A stretch of 64,000 bases of DNA from Bacteroidales bacterium (GTDB taxonomy: Bacteria; Bacteroidota; Bacteroidia; Bacteroidales; UBA10428). The notes under the pieces were generated by a model. The model saw only the letters and a list, made by a program, of their open reading frames with translations, was not told the DNA's origin and made no database searches. Position numbers and translations under genes: made by a program. The stretch spans positions 56,010 through 120,009 of the forward strand of contig JAFGVA010000063.1 in assembly GCA_016938235.1 (NCBI GenBank). Reading direction: 5' to 3'. Below are positions 18,589 to 27,629 of the stretch, one piece after another (position 1 is the first letter of the stretch; each line of letters opens with the position of its first letter).

Positions 18589-18868
18589 AGTTGAAAGTTG
18601 GGAGAAGAGTGATTGGTGATTGGCGATTGGTGATTGGTGATTGGTGATTGGTGATCGGTGATTGGTGATTGGTGATCGGTGATTGGTGATTGGCGATTGG
18701 TGATTGGCGATTGGCGATTGGTGATTGGCGATTGGTGATTGGTGATTGGTGATTGGCGATTGGTGATTGGTGATTGGCGATTATCGATTGGTGATCGGTG
18801 ATTGGCGATTGGTGATTGGTGATTGGTGAAGAGTGAAAAGTGAAAAGTGAAAAGTGAAAAGTGAATAG
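18589..18868 (+). repeat. Phase-coherent heptanucleotide tandem array, 40 units
   Basis: Units are AGTTGAA AGTTGGG AGAAGAG, then 31 x YGATYGG (TGATTGG x18, CGATTGG x8, TGATCGG x4, CGATTAT x1), then TGAAGAG, TGAAAAG x4, TGAATAG. I counted base by base and found no phase slip over 280 nt. Confidence 0.95.
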
Positions 18869-18901
18869 GAACTAGAAACTTTGTACTATGAAAATGTAGG
18901 T

Positions 18902-21900
18902 TTATTCCATTTGTTCCTCATCAGAGGCTTCGTTGCCCTCCAAAATATCCTGCCAGCGGCGATAGAAATTGTTTTTCTTACGATCTGTTGAAATTAAGTA
19001 ATTGTATGGCGTTTCGTTACGTGGAACTTTAAGCTTTCGTTCCTTCAACTTCATATTCATAATCGTTTCAACATACTCCTTGTTGTGCGAAAGGGTTTGC
19101 ATAATTCCCCTGGTATATCCGAAATAGTAGTAATTTCTTCTGTCAAGCTGAAGGTATAAATCCATAATATCGCCACTGCGCTTAAGTCTTAATTCGAAGA
19201 ATCCTTCAAGCTGCTTATTAATCTGTATTCCGTTGATACTTGCAATTCCAATTTTGCCAACAGACTGATAAGAATTTGTATTATTATTCCAGACAAGCTT
19301 TAACTGGTTGAGCAAAATAGTATGTTTTAAAGGCGAGGGCAGATCTTTTATTGTGCCGAACAGGTTCAGTTCATCCTGTATTTTTTGCGCTACAGGTTCG
19401 GTTAACCAGGCATTCATTGTTTTTTTATAAACCGACCTGGTAAGGTCAACCGGAAATATATTTGGAAAACTATCGATCTCATTACCTACCAGATTAATCA
19501 TGTGATCAGAAATATAGAAATCAATACCCATGATTACATCCAGTTCGGTTAATTTCTCATTCAGATCATGTTTAAAGTTACCGTAAGTTGTCAGTTTTAC
19601 CTGTCCCAGATTTTCTCCCAGATCAATGTTTCCTTCACCGTACATTTTACAATCTTCGCGATGAAGACTTAAGTAATCTTGAGATAAGGTAAAATCATTG
19701 ATCTTCTCCTTTGAGCCTATCTTATATAAATGAGAGGCCTTATCGTAATGCAGATATCCCGAAGTTTTTATCAGTTGGCGATCGCTGTAATTCTTGCGAC
19801 CGGTTAAGAAGCTTGGATAAACATGCACCGAATCGTAGTAAACGAACAGTCCGCTATAGATATTTTTTCTGTCGATATTCTTAGATTCGAGCTGAACCGG
19901 GATATAGATATCATCGGGGTTTATTTGAGTTCTGAAAAACAGCCAATCGGGCTCAAGTATATCGCAGGCATGCTCGATTTTTGTTGAACCTTCGAAGGTT
20001 AACAATGAATCTTGAGCGAATAGAAATACCTTGCCCTGATACTTATAAACAGGACTTAAAGTAAAATCTGCCGTAGAAAAGATTTCACCCTGAGCAATAG
20101 TCTGCAATCCGGAGTCGACTTTAAGTTCCTTAAAATGAATTGTTTGCTTTTCCCGGTTTTCATCGAAATAATCATAATTTCCCATACCGGTATAATCTTT
20201 CCTGCTAAACACCTTAACCGATGCAGTATGCAGAGTATGGTATTTTGTTGTTGTATTTGCTCTGATTCGTGCATCGATAAACCTGCTCAGAGTATAATCG
20301 GGCTGAACACTTAACAAACCATCTTTAGGATAAATTTTTGCATCAGCCACCTCAATAAATTTCACCCCTGTTGCATTAATGTAATTTCTTTCATAATCGT
20401 AATATGCAAGAGGAGACACGAAGTTCAGAGAATCTTGTTTTTTATCGGTTGAAATGTACCTTGGGCCTTCAGGTTCGGTATCTTCATCGCTATAATCAGG
20501 TAATTCAGGCCTGGTTTTTGAACCCATTGCCAGTTTTTTGTCTTTCATATCCCATACAAAAACATCAATGTAACTTATGTACCTGTTTTCAGGAAATGTG
20601 ACCAAAGAATATCCTTCATTAGACTTAAACCAGCCTTTTCTGTTACGGTAGTCAATATGGCTGTTGATATTCTCAGTTAATACTGTAAAGCCCTCTTTTC
20701 TTATTGATTTTAAATAGAAATCGGAAGTATCTGCAAATATTTCATCGGCTTTATAGGTGAACAAATCCGAAATTAAGTCAGAATTTCTAAGATCCATTCT
20801 GCCTTTCCCCGATAAACCAACCGGTTCAAGTTTTAATGTTCCGGAAAGTGTTGTGGAATCATTAAACATAGTGAAATTATCGGTTGTTTTATGTACCCAC
20901 ATTACATCGTTGTATGGTTCCCAGTGAACATAGTTTTGTGTAGACCGTGTCATTGGATATTCCACACCTGAGAAACTTTTTTGAATAGTATACTGTTGTG
21001 AATTCGTATTCATTGAATCGGGGAAGAAATTGAAATCATCGGACCATGTAGTTGATGTAAGGTACTCCAGTTTACCATTTCCTTTTAATCCCCTGTTTGA
21101 TAGGGTAATATCATTGTAAATGGTGCCTTTACCTCCAAAAACAGGCATTCCCTGACTTGGTGTTTTATGGGTAAAACCTAATGAATTATCATCCTGTAAG
21201 GATAATTCCTGGTTGATATCGGGTAAAATTCCTGCTGAAACGAATTTACCCTTATAGGTCATTGAATAGGGATTAAAGTTATCAAGACTATCCATTTCGA
21301 AGGGTTCAACAGCAAAATAAAAATCGTTTGATGAATATGCACCATCCTGAATTGCTGATGATTCGTAGTAAACATAGGATGTTTCTCTGCTTTTGAAAAT
21401 GGGATATTGGGGATATGAGACGCGTCCGGATTTATTATCCGCCTTATCAATCAATATTTCTCCGGTTATATTTCGGATCCTGTTTTTAATATTTTCAATG
21501 ATCGGAAAACCATAATTGTTCAGTTCCCCTGTCATGAAGTCAATACTTAGAGAGTCGACATTTTGAAGGTTCACTTTGAATGAATCGTAACTAAAAAACA
21601 AGTTCTTACCGAAGAAAGTCATTAATCCTGCAGTTACTACACCATCGAACTGGAAATTCCGGTCATGCTTAAATACTATTCGTTGATTTTCCGGATAAAT
21701 AATAACATTTTGTGAATCACTCACCTGAATTTGCGGGATCCCATTTATAGTCAGGTCATAGGTTTTTAAATTGAAAACAGCATTTTCTTCCGGAGCCTGA
21801 ACAACAGATTTAAATGCCATTACATCGTAATCGATTTTATTTACACTTGCTGCCAGGTAATCGTGTAACCTTTGTTTGATTGTAATTGTTTCTGTATTGC

Positions 21901-23389
21901 TATCGTAGAAAACGAAACCATTGAAAGCCATACGCATAGCTTGTTGTTTAACCACGTGCAATGGCATTTTCAGATAATCTGCCAGAGCCTGTACCGGAAA
22001 TTCATCGTTACCATATTTCTTAGAAAAAGTACGAAATACAATCAAGGGATGAGACTCATCCATCATTTGTAAATTGAGAAAACGTTCAAAATTAAAGAAG
22101 TTTACAGATTCGAAATAAGCATTTCCGATTGAGGCTCCTCTGGAGGCTGAAAACTGCATATAATTTTGATCCAGATTCCAGGATAACTGGTCAAAGTTCA
22201 TATCAACCTTGTGATAAGAATTTGAATATGGCCCCATTGATGAAAAGTTCTCGTTCTTCAGGAGTATTAACTCGCGGTTATTTATTCTGTAATTGAAAAG
22301 CAAATCGGGATGGAAAATAGAATCGTTTTTTAATATTATACTAATGCTGGTACTCTGACTGGAAACCCTGTCAGCCTTAAAACCAAAATACAATGAACTG
22401 GCACGTAAAACAAGTGTGTCATTTCTAAACAGATATAAGCTTGCAGGAGATTCCTGAGAACCTGTTCCAACCAGCTTTGCTCCTTGCATAGAAAGCCCTC
22501 CGGCATAATCGATATCTTTGTATAAATCTTTAATTTTGAACGACTTGGCGTAGGAGTAAAACTGTGGGTAATCAGCATCTTCAGGCTGACTAATTTTTTT
22601 AACTTTATCTTTAAGTTCTCCTGTCAAGGGTTCGTCAAAATATATTTTGCTCGTAAATGTTACATTATCTACCGAGTATTCCGATTTGTTTAAACTAATA
22701 GTAAAATCTTTAAATTCGGCATAAACATCATCTTTACTGTAGCCTCCCCGTTCCCAGGTTACCAGGCCTTTTTCTCCCTCCCAAAGATTTTCTTCCGGAT
22801 TTACTTTACCCGTAGTATTATATAAATGAATGCTATCAATCTTGGTGTAGCACACAAGGTTTGTATTTGAAAATTCAACCTGCAAGCCTTTTTTATCCAA
22901 TATCTTATAATCTTCTGATGTTGCATGCCACCTTGTTGAGGCAGACTCATATATATTATTGTCAATCACCAGGTTGTTAGAAAATTCCAGAAGATTATTC
23001 AGAAGACTGGTATTTTGTTTTCGGGAATCGAGGTAATAACTGTAGCCTTTAACCCAGCTCTTATAGTTTTCAGAGCTAATATTTTTTTCTTTAAAGTTTA
23101 AATACAACTTCAGGAAGTTTACAAAATGAGGATAAGGCCTGGCGTTTTTAATATCGAGCTTCTGACTCAACTTAATAATATCTTTTTGTTCATCGGCAGT
23201 AAACAAACTGTCTTCGACCCATGATTCCATAAATTTCTCAACCAGCTCTTCGTGCTGATCTGTAACATTACTCATGTATTTCTCTAGTTCTTCGGGGTAA
23301 AGCTGCGGGTCTCCCGAAAATTTAGAATCTTGTTTAGAAAATATACCAAATAATAATCCAAGAATAGTAATAAATGAAAAAACGCGCAT
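18902..23389 (-). CDS. Large (~1495 aa) secreted or cell-envelope protein of unknown function, directly upstream of the SprB-like adhesin gene
   Basis: Long ORF with an N-terminal signal-like segment (MRVFSFITILGLLFGIFSK). The ORF-track start at 23395 is a TTG, and an in-frame ATG at 23389 is more likely. I recognised no catalytic motif. Confidence 0.7.
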   Translation of the reverse strand: MRVFSFITILGLLFGIFSKQDSKFSGDPQLYPEELEKYMSNVTDQHEELVEKFMESWVEDSLFTADEQKDIIKLSQKLDIKNARPYPHFVNFLKLYLNFKEKNISSENYKSWVKGYSYYLDSRKQNTSLLNNLLEFSNNLVIDNNIYESASTRWHATSEDYKILDKKGLQVEFSNTNLVCYTKIDSIHLYNTTGKVNPEENLWEGEKGLVTWERGGYSKDDVYAEFKDFTISLNKSEYSVDNVTFTSKIYFDEPLTGELKDKVKKISQPEDADYPQFYSYAKSFKIKDLYKDIDYAGGLSMQGAKLVGTGSQESPASLYLFRNDTLVLRASSLYFGFKADRVSSQSTSISIILKNDSIFHPDLLFNYRINNRELILLKNENFSSMGPYSNSYHKVDMNFDQLSWNLDQNYMQFSASRGASIGNAYFESVNFFNFERFLNLQMMDESHPLIVFRTFSKKYGNDEFPVQALADYLKMPLHVVKQQAMRMAFNGFVFYDSNTETITIKQRLHDYLAASVNKIDYDVMAFKSVVQAPEENAVFNLKTYDLTINGIPQIQVSDSQNVIIYPENQRIVFKHDRNFQFDGVVTAGLMTFFGKNLFFSYDSFKVNLQNVDSLSIDFMTGELNNYGFPIIENIKNRIRNITGEILIDKADNKSGRVSYPQYPIFKSRETSYVYYESSAIQDGAYSSNDFYFAVEPFEMDSLDNFNPYSMTYKGKFVSAGILPDINQELSLQDDNSLGFTHKTPSQGMPVFGGKGTIYNDITLSNRGLKGNGKLEYLTSTTWSDDFNFFPDSMNTNSQQYTIQKSFSGVEYPMTRSTQNYVHWEPYNDVMWVHKTTDNFTMFNDSTTLSGTLKLEPVGLSGKGRMDLRNSDLISDLFTYKADEIFADTSDFYLKSIRKEGFTVLTENINSHIDYRNRKGWFKSNEGYSLVTFPENRYISYIDVFVWDMKDKKLAMGSKTRPELPDYSDEDTEPEGPRYISTDKKQDSLNFVSPLAYYDYERNYINATGVKFIEVADAKIYPKDGLLSVQPDYTLSRFIDARIRANTTTKYHTLHTASVKVFSRKDYTGMGNYDYFDENREKQTIHFKELKVDSGLQTIAQGEIFSTADFTLSPVYKYQGKVFLFAQDSLLTFEGSTKIEHACDILEPDWLFFRTQINPDDIYIPVQLESKNIDRKNIYSGLFVYYDSVHVYPSFLTGRKNYSDRQLIKTSGYLHYDKASHLYKIGSKEKINDFTLSQDYLSLHREDCKMYGEGNIDLGENLGQVKLTTYGNFKHDLNEKLTELDVIMGIDFYISDHMINLVGNEIDSFPNIFPVDLTRSVYKKTMNAWLTEPVAQKIQDELNLFGTIKDLPSPLKHTILLNQLKLVWNNNTNSYQSVGKIGIASINGIQINKQLEGFFELRLKRSGDIMDLYLQLDRRNYYYFGYTRGIMQTLSHNKEYVETIMNMKLKERKLKVPRNETPYNYLISTDRKKNNFYRRWQDILEGNEASDEEQME

Positions 23390-23433
23390 ACCCAAATTGC
23401 TTAGTTAAAAACCAGTTTGTATGTGAATAGATT

Positions 23434-23441
23434 CAAAGCTA
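23434..23441 (-). promoter_or_regulatory. Candidate Bacteroidota -7 promoter box TAGCTTTG (consensus TAnnTTTG)
   Basis: The reverse complement of CAAAGCTA lies 45 nt upstream of ATG 23389. This is a motif match only. Confidence 0.3.
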
Positions 23442-23647
23442 CGGAAAATGATAAAATAATGGAATGGTATGTTGATTAAAAGGTAGAAAAGTATTTAAAA
23501 TTAATTGGCTATAGTATATAATAAAAGAGATTCATATTACTTCTGTAAGCCGACTGGGTTTTTATTATAAACATATCTGAATATATAAATAAACTAAATC
23601 AAAAAAAATCAGTATATTAAACTAAATATTTTAAAGCTAACAAATTA

Positions 23648-26600
23648 ATGACTTTTGCTTTTAAGAATAGGGGGTTGAAAAGAAAAAGTTTTTTTCACAA
23701 AGATGAAATAAAACATCTCTGCATAACATCTATTGTTATAAGTTTTTTTTCCTTTTCTATAACTGCATTTACACAAAATAATACAATAAAATTTGAGACC
23801 ATTTCAACCAAAGAGGGCCTCTCACAAAGTTCCGTTGTAACTGTATTTCAAGATTCAAAAGGTTTTATGTGGTTCGGCACCTATAAAGGGCTTAACAGGT
23901 ACGATGGTTATAACTTTATAACCTATCAAAATTCAGATAATGCACCTAACCGTATTTGTGATAATCATGTCAGAAGAATTATTGAAGATACTGCCGGTAT
24001 TTTACTCATAACAACCGTAAATGGTCTGGATATTTTTTTCACAGAAACCGAAAAATTCTATCACATTAAAGGTGATTCGTCCAATTTCAGCGCTATCAAT
24101 ACTTCCAAAATATACGATATTATAAAGGATAAAGATGGCATATACTGGCTAGGAACCTGGGGAAACGGACTCGTTAAAATGGAAAAAATAATTGCAGATA
24201 AAAAAAGCGAACATGACATTAAATTCAAGTTTACACCTTATTTAGCCAATTCTGTAAACAACAGTGTTAATTCTGATTTTATTCCTGATTTGGCTGAAAG
24301 ACCAAATGGAGATTTATGGATAGCAACAGGACAAGGTTTGGATAGATTCAATAAAACCACCGAAATATTTACGCACTACCGGCACGATCCAAATAATCCG
24401 AACACGATTAGCAGTAATAATGTGTCTGCCCTCTGCTTTGATAATTATGGAAAGCTATGGGTTGGAACATGGGAAGGTGGACTAAACTATTTTGACATCG
24501 AAACTGAAGAAAATATTCGCTACAAATACGAAGCCAATAATAAATTCAGTCTCAGTCACAATATTATTATGAACCTGTTTTGCGATTCGAGAGGTACTGT
24601 ATGGGTTGGCACCTTTGGTGGAGGATTGAATAAAGTTATCAGGAATCCTGATTTTGAGTCTGTAAGTCCTCATTTGTTTTACCGGTATCTCTCGAATAAG
24701 ATAGATATATCGAGTATTGGCAGTAACTCCATTTATTATATTACTGAAGACAAAACCGGTATTATATGGGTAGGAACAGATTGGGGAGGTGTAAGTAAGT
24801 TCAATCAAAATCCCAGTAAATTCAAGCATATTTATGCTGAACAATCTGAATCAGATAATCTGGTAAATAATGTGGTTTTTAACTTCCTGATGGATAATGA
24901 CAATAAAATATGGATAGCCACATTACAAGGGGTAAACCGGTACGATAAAAAAACCAAGAACTATGAAACATTTATAACTGATCCGGCAGATATAAGCACT
25001 ATTTCCGATAACCAGGTAAAAAGTATTATTCAGTTAAGAGATGGATCGATATGGTTAGGTACAGCCCAAGGTCTGAGTAAATACATACCTGAATCAAACA
25101 ATTTTAAACGTTATTATATTGATCCCGAATTTAAAGGTTCAACATGTATTATGAAGCTTACCGAATCAAGCGATGGCAAGATTTGGATTGGAACTTATAA
25201 TTATGGAATATATACTTTTGACCCTAAAACAGAAATTTTCGAGAATATAGTACCCCGGACAAAAGAAATTGAATCGCAGCCAAACGACGAGATCTGGTCA
25301 ATTATTGAAGATAAAAAGGGGGTGATATGGTTGGGGATGGTTCATAGCGGACTTTGGAATTACAATACCAGAACTCAGGAATTTAAAACATTTCAGCATA
25401 ATAACAATGATACAACTACAATCAGCAGCAATTCTATATTCTCTCTCTACATTGACAGCAGAGAAGATTTATGGATAGGCACAAAAGGCGGGTTAAATAA
25501 ATATATTATTGATAATGCAGGAAATCCGGTCTTTATACGATATTCTAAAAAAGATGGACTTTCTGATCAGATTATAAATAGCATTATTGAAGATGATTAC
25601 AATCAACTCTGGATTGGAACATCAAATGGCCTCACAATGTTTAATCCCGAGAAAAACAAATATGTAATTTTCACAACCAAGGATGGACTGCAAGGTGATG
25701 AATTCTCTATAAATGGTTTAATGAAAGACCATGAAACAGGGGAAATATATGCAGGCGGTATAAATGGATATAATTTATTTCATCCGGGAAACATTATTTC
25801 GGAAGGTGTTGCTCCTATGACTGAGATTGTTGATCTAAAGGTATTTAATAAATCAGCAGAGGTAGGTGAAAAGATTAACAATAAAATAATACTTGACAAA
25901 AGAATCAGCGCTAAAGAAAGCCTTAGGCTTTCTTATCTGGAAAATGTAATTACATTAGAATTCTCAGCCCTGCATTACCAATCATCTGCAAACAATCACT
26001 ATGCATTTATGCTTGAAGGCTTTGATAAAAAATGGAATGAAGTTGGTAATCTGCGTATTGCAACATATACAAATCTTAAACCAGGCAAATACCTGTTTAA
26101 AGTAAAAGCAGCAAATCCCGATGGTCTTTGGAATGAGGAACCAACAACTTTAAAAATAATTATAACGCCACCCTGGTGGAATACCTTGTTAGCAAAAATA
26201 TTGGGAATATTACTGGCAATTGGTTTATTCTATTTCATTTATTTGTTGCGCATTCGTTTTTTTATTACCAGGCAAAAGGAACTGGAAAAAATGGTAAGGC
26301 ATAGAACAGAAGAACTAAGCGAGGTTAATGTATTGCTTGAAGAAAAACAGGAAGAAATTATTTCCCAAAATGATGAATTAGTTAAACACCATAATAATCT
26401 TGAAGAACTGGTAAATGAACGAACCAAAGAATTAAAGAAAGAAAAAGAGCGCGCCGAACAACAAACCATTGAGCTAAAAGAGGCTAAACAAAAAGCAGAA
26501 GAATCGGATCGTTTGAAATCTGCATTTCTTGCCAATATGTCGCACGAGGTAAGAACTCCCATGAATTCAATAATCGGTTTTTCCAGTCTTCTTGAAGATG

Positions 26601-27613
26601 ATATATCCGTTCAGGAAAGAAATGATTTCATTAAATTAATAAGAAGTAATGGCGAAACATTGCTAACACTAATTAATGACATTCTTGATATTTCAACAAT
26701 TGAGGCAAACCAGCTCAAACTATCAAAAGAAACATTCGGAGTAAATTCAATATTCGAAGAATTGTACAGTTACTATGCCCTAATTAAAGAGAATTCTAAA
26801 GTGAAATTAGAGTATAAAAACAAAGACTCAAAAACTGAACAATATATCTATACCGATCGTGTCAGATTCAGACAGATATTAGATAATTTAATAAGCAATG
26901 CTTTAAAATATACTGAAGAAGGACAGGTTGTTTTTGGATACAATATAATGAACAACATAATAGAAATTTTTGTAGAAGATACAGGTATAGGAATTGGAGA
27001 AGATGAAAAAGAACAGATCTTCAACTATTTCTATAAGAGCGAAAAAGATAAAACGAAAATATTTCGCGGTACTGGTATTGGATTATCAATCAGCAAAAGA
27101 TTAGCTGAGATTCTTGGCAGTAAAATATACCTTGAATCTGAATTGGGAAAAGGAAGTAAGTTCTTCTTCAGCCTGCCAATAAATGATGTTTTTGTTATGG
27201 ATGTTGCAAAACCTGAGGTTATTAATCAGGAAAAATCACTATCTGACATTAACATTCTGATTGCTGAGGACGAAGAAAACAATTATGCCTTGCTTAAAAG
27301 TATTCTTTCAAAAAAGGGAGCCAATTTATACTGGGCAAAAAATGGACTTGAAGCAGTTGAATTGTCAAAAAAACTTCTTTCTAAAAACATAAGCTTTTTA
27401 ATTCTTATGGATATAAAAATGCCAGTTATGAACGGAAAGGAAGCATACACTGAAATAAAAAAAATGGATAATTCTATCCCTGTAATTGCACTTACGGCAT
27501 ATGCGCAACCCAGAGACCGGGAAGAAATATTACAATTTGGATTCCAAAGTTATATTAGCAAACCTCTTAACAAAGAAACGTTAATTGCAGAAATCAAAAA
27601 ATTTGCTCAGTAA
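23648..27613 (+). CDS. Hybrid sensor histidine kinase / response regulator with periplasmic two-component-regulator propeller and Y_Y_Y domains
   Basis: About 700 aa of propeller repeats (recurring W(I/L/V)GT..GL), a Y_Y_Y-like segment (YAFMLEGFDKKWNE...KPGKYLFKVKAAN), a TM helix and a coiled coil. Then an H-box SAFLANMSHEVRTPMNSI, a G-box GTGIGLSISKRL and a receiver domain (ILIAEDEENNY...LMDIKMPVMNG). No DNA-binding domain was seen. Confidence 0.9.
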   Translation: MTFAFKNRGLKRKSFFHKDEIKHLCITSIVISFFSFSITAFTQNNTIKFETISTKEGLSQSSVVTVFQDSKGFMWFGTYKGLNRYDGYNFITYQNSDNAPNRICDNHVRRIIEDTAGILLITTVNGLDIFFTETEKFYHIKGDSSNFSAINTSKIYDIIKDKDGIYWLGTWGNGLVKMEKIIADKKSEHDIKFKFTPYLANSVNNSVNSDFIPDLAERPNGDLWIATGQGLDRFNKTTEIFTHYRHDPNNPNTISSNNVSALCFDNYGKLWVGTWEGGLNYFDIETEENIRYKYEANNKFSLSHNIIMNLFCDSRGTVWVGTFGGGLNKVIRNPDFESVSPHLFYRYLSNKIDISSIGSNSIYYITEDKTGIIWVGTDWGGVSKFNQNPSKFKHIYAEQSESDNLVNNVVFNFLMDNDNKIWIATLQGVNRYDKKTKNYETFITDPADISTISDNQVKSIIQLRDGSIWLGTAQGLSKYIPESNNFKRYYIDPEFKGSTCIMKLTESSDGKIWIGTYNYGIYTFDPKTEIFENIVPRTKEIESQPNDEIWSIIEDKKGVIWLGMVHSGLWNYNTRTQEFKTFQHNNNDTTTISSNSIFSLYIDSREDLWIGTKGGLNKYIIDNAGNPVFIRYSKKDGLSDQIINSIIEDDYNQLWIGTSNGLTMFNPEKNKYVIFTTKDGLQGDEFSINGLMKDHETGEIYAGGINGYNLFHPGNIISEGVAPMTEIVDLKVFNKSAEVGEKINNKIILDKRISAKESLRLSYLENVITLEFSALHYQSSANNHYAFMLEGFDKKWNEVGNLRIATYTNLKPGKYLFKVKAANPDGLWNEEPTTLKIIITPPWWNTLLAKILGILLAIGLFYFIYLLRIRFFITRQKELEKMVRHRTEELSEVNVLLEEKQEEIISQNDELVKHHNNLEELVNERTKELKKEKERAEQQTIELKEAKQKAEESDRLKSAFLANMSHEVRTPMNSIIGFSSLLEDDISVQERNDFIKLIRSNGETLLTLINDILDISTIEANQLKLSKETFGVNSIFEELYSYYALIKENSKVKLEYKNKDSKTEQYIYTDRVRFRQILDNLISNALKYTEEGQVVFGYNIMNNIIEIFVEDTGIGIGEDEKEQIFNYFYKSEKDKTKIFRGTGIGLSISKRLAEILGSKIYLESELGKGSKFFFSLPINDVFVMDVAKPEVINQEKSLSDINILIAEDEENNYALLKSILSKKGANLYWAKNGLEAVELSKKLLSKNISFLILMDIKMPVMNGKEAYTEIKKMDNSIPVIALTAYAQPRDREEILQFGFQSYISKPLNKETLIAEIKKFAQ

Positions 27614-27629
27614 ATAATGATAAAGAAAA

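Noticed and set aside
18589-18868. Possibility that the large repeat array is a CRISPR array.
   Set aside because: The units are 7 nt, contiguous and without spacers. There are no cas genes in the window. This is a microsatellite-type tandem repeat.
23390-23395. TTG start codon for the 1497-aa ORF.
   Set aside because: An in-frame ATG two codons downstream (23389) begins the signal-peptide-like sequence, so the TTG is probably just the ORF-finder's longest extension.
26239-26562. A 107-aa antisense ORF inside the sensor kinase gene, rich in Ser, Phe and Leu.
   Set aside because: It lies opposite the Lys/Glu-rich coiled-coil coding segment. Codon complementarity of such segments generates open antisense frames.
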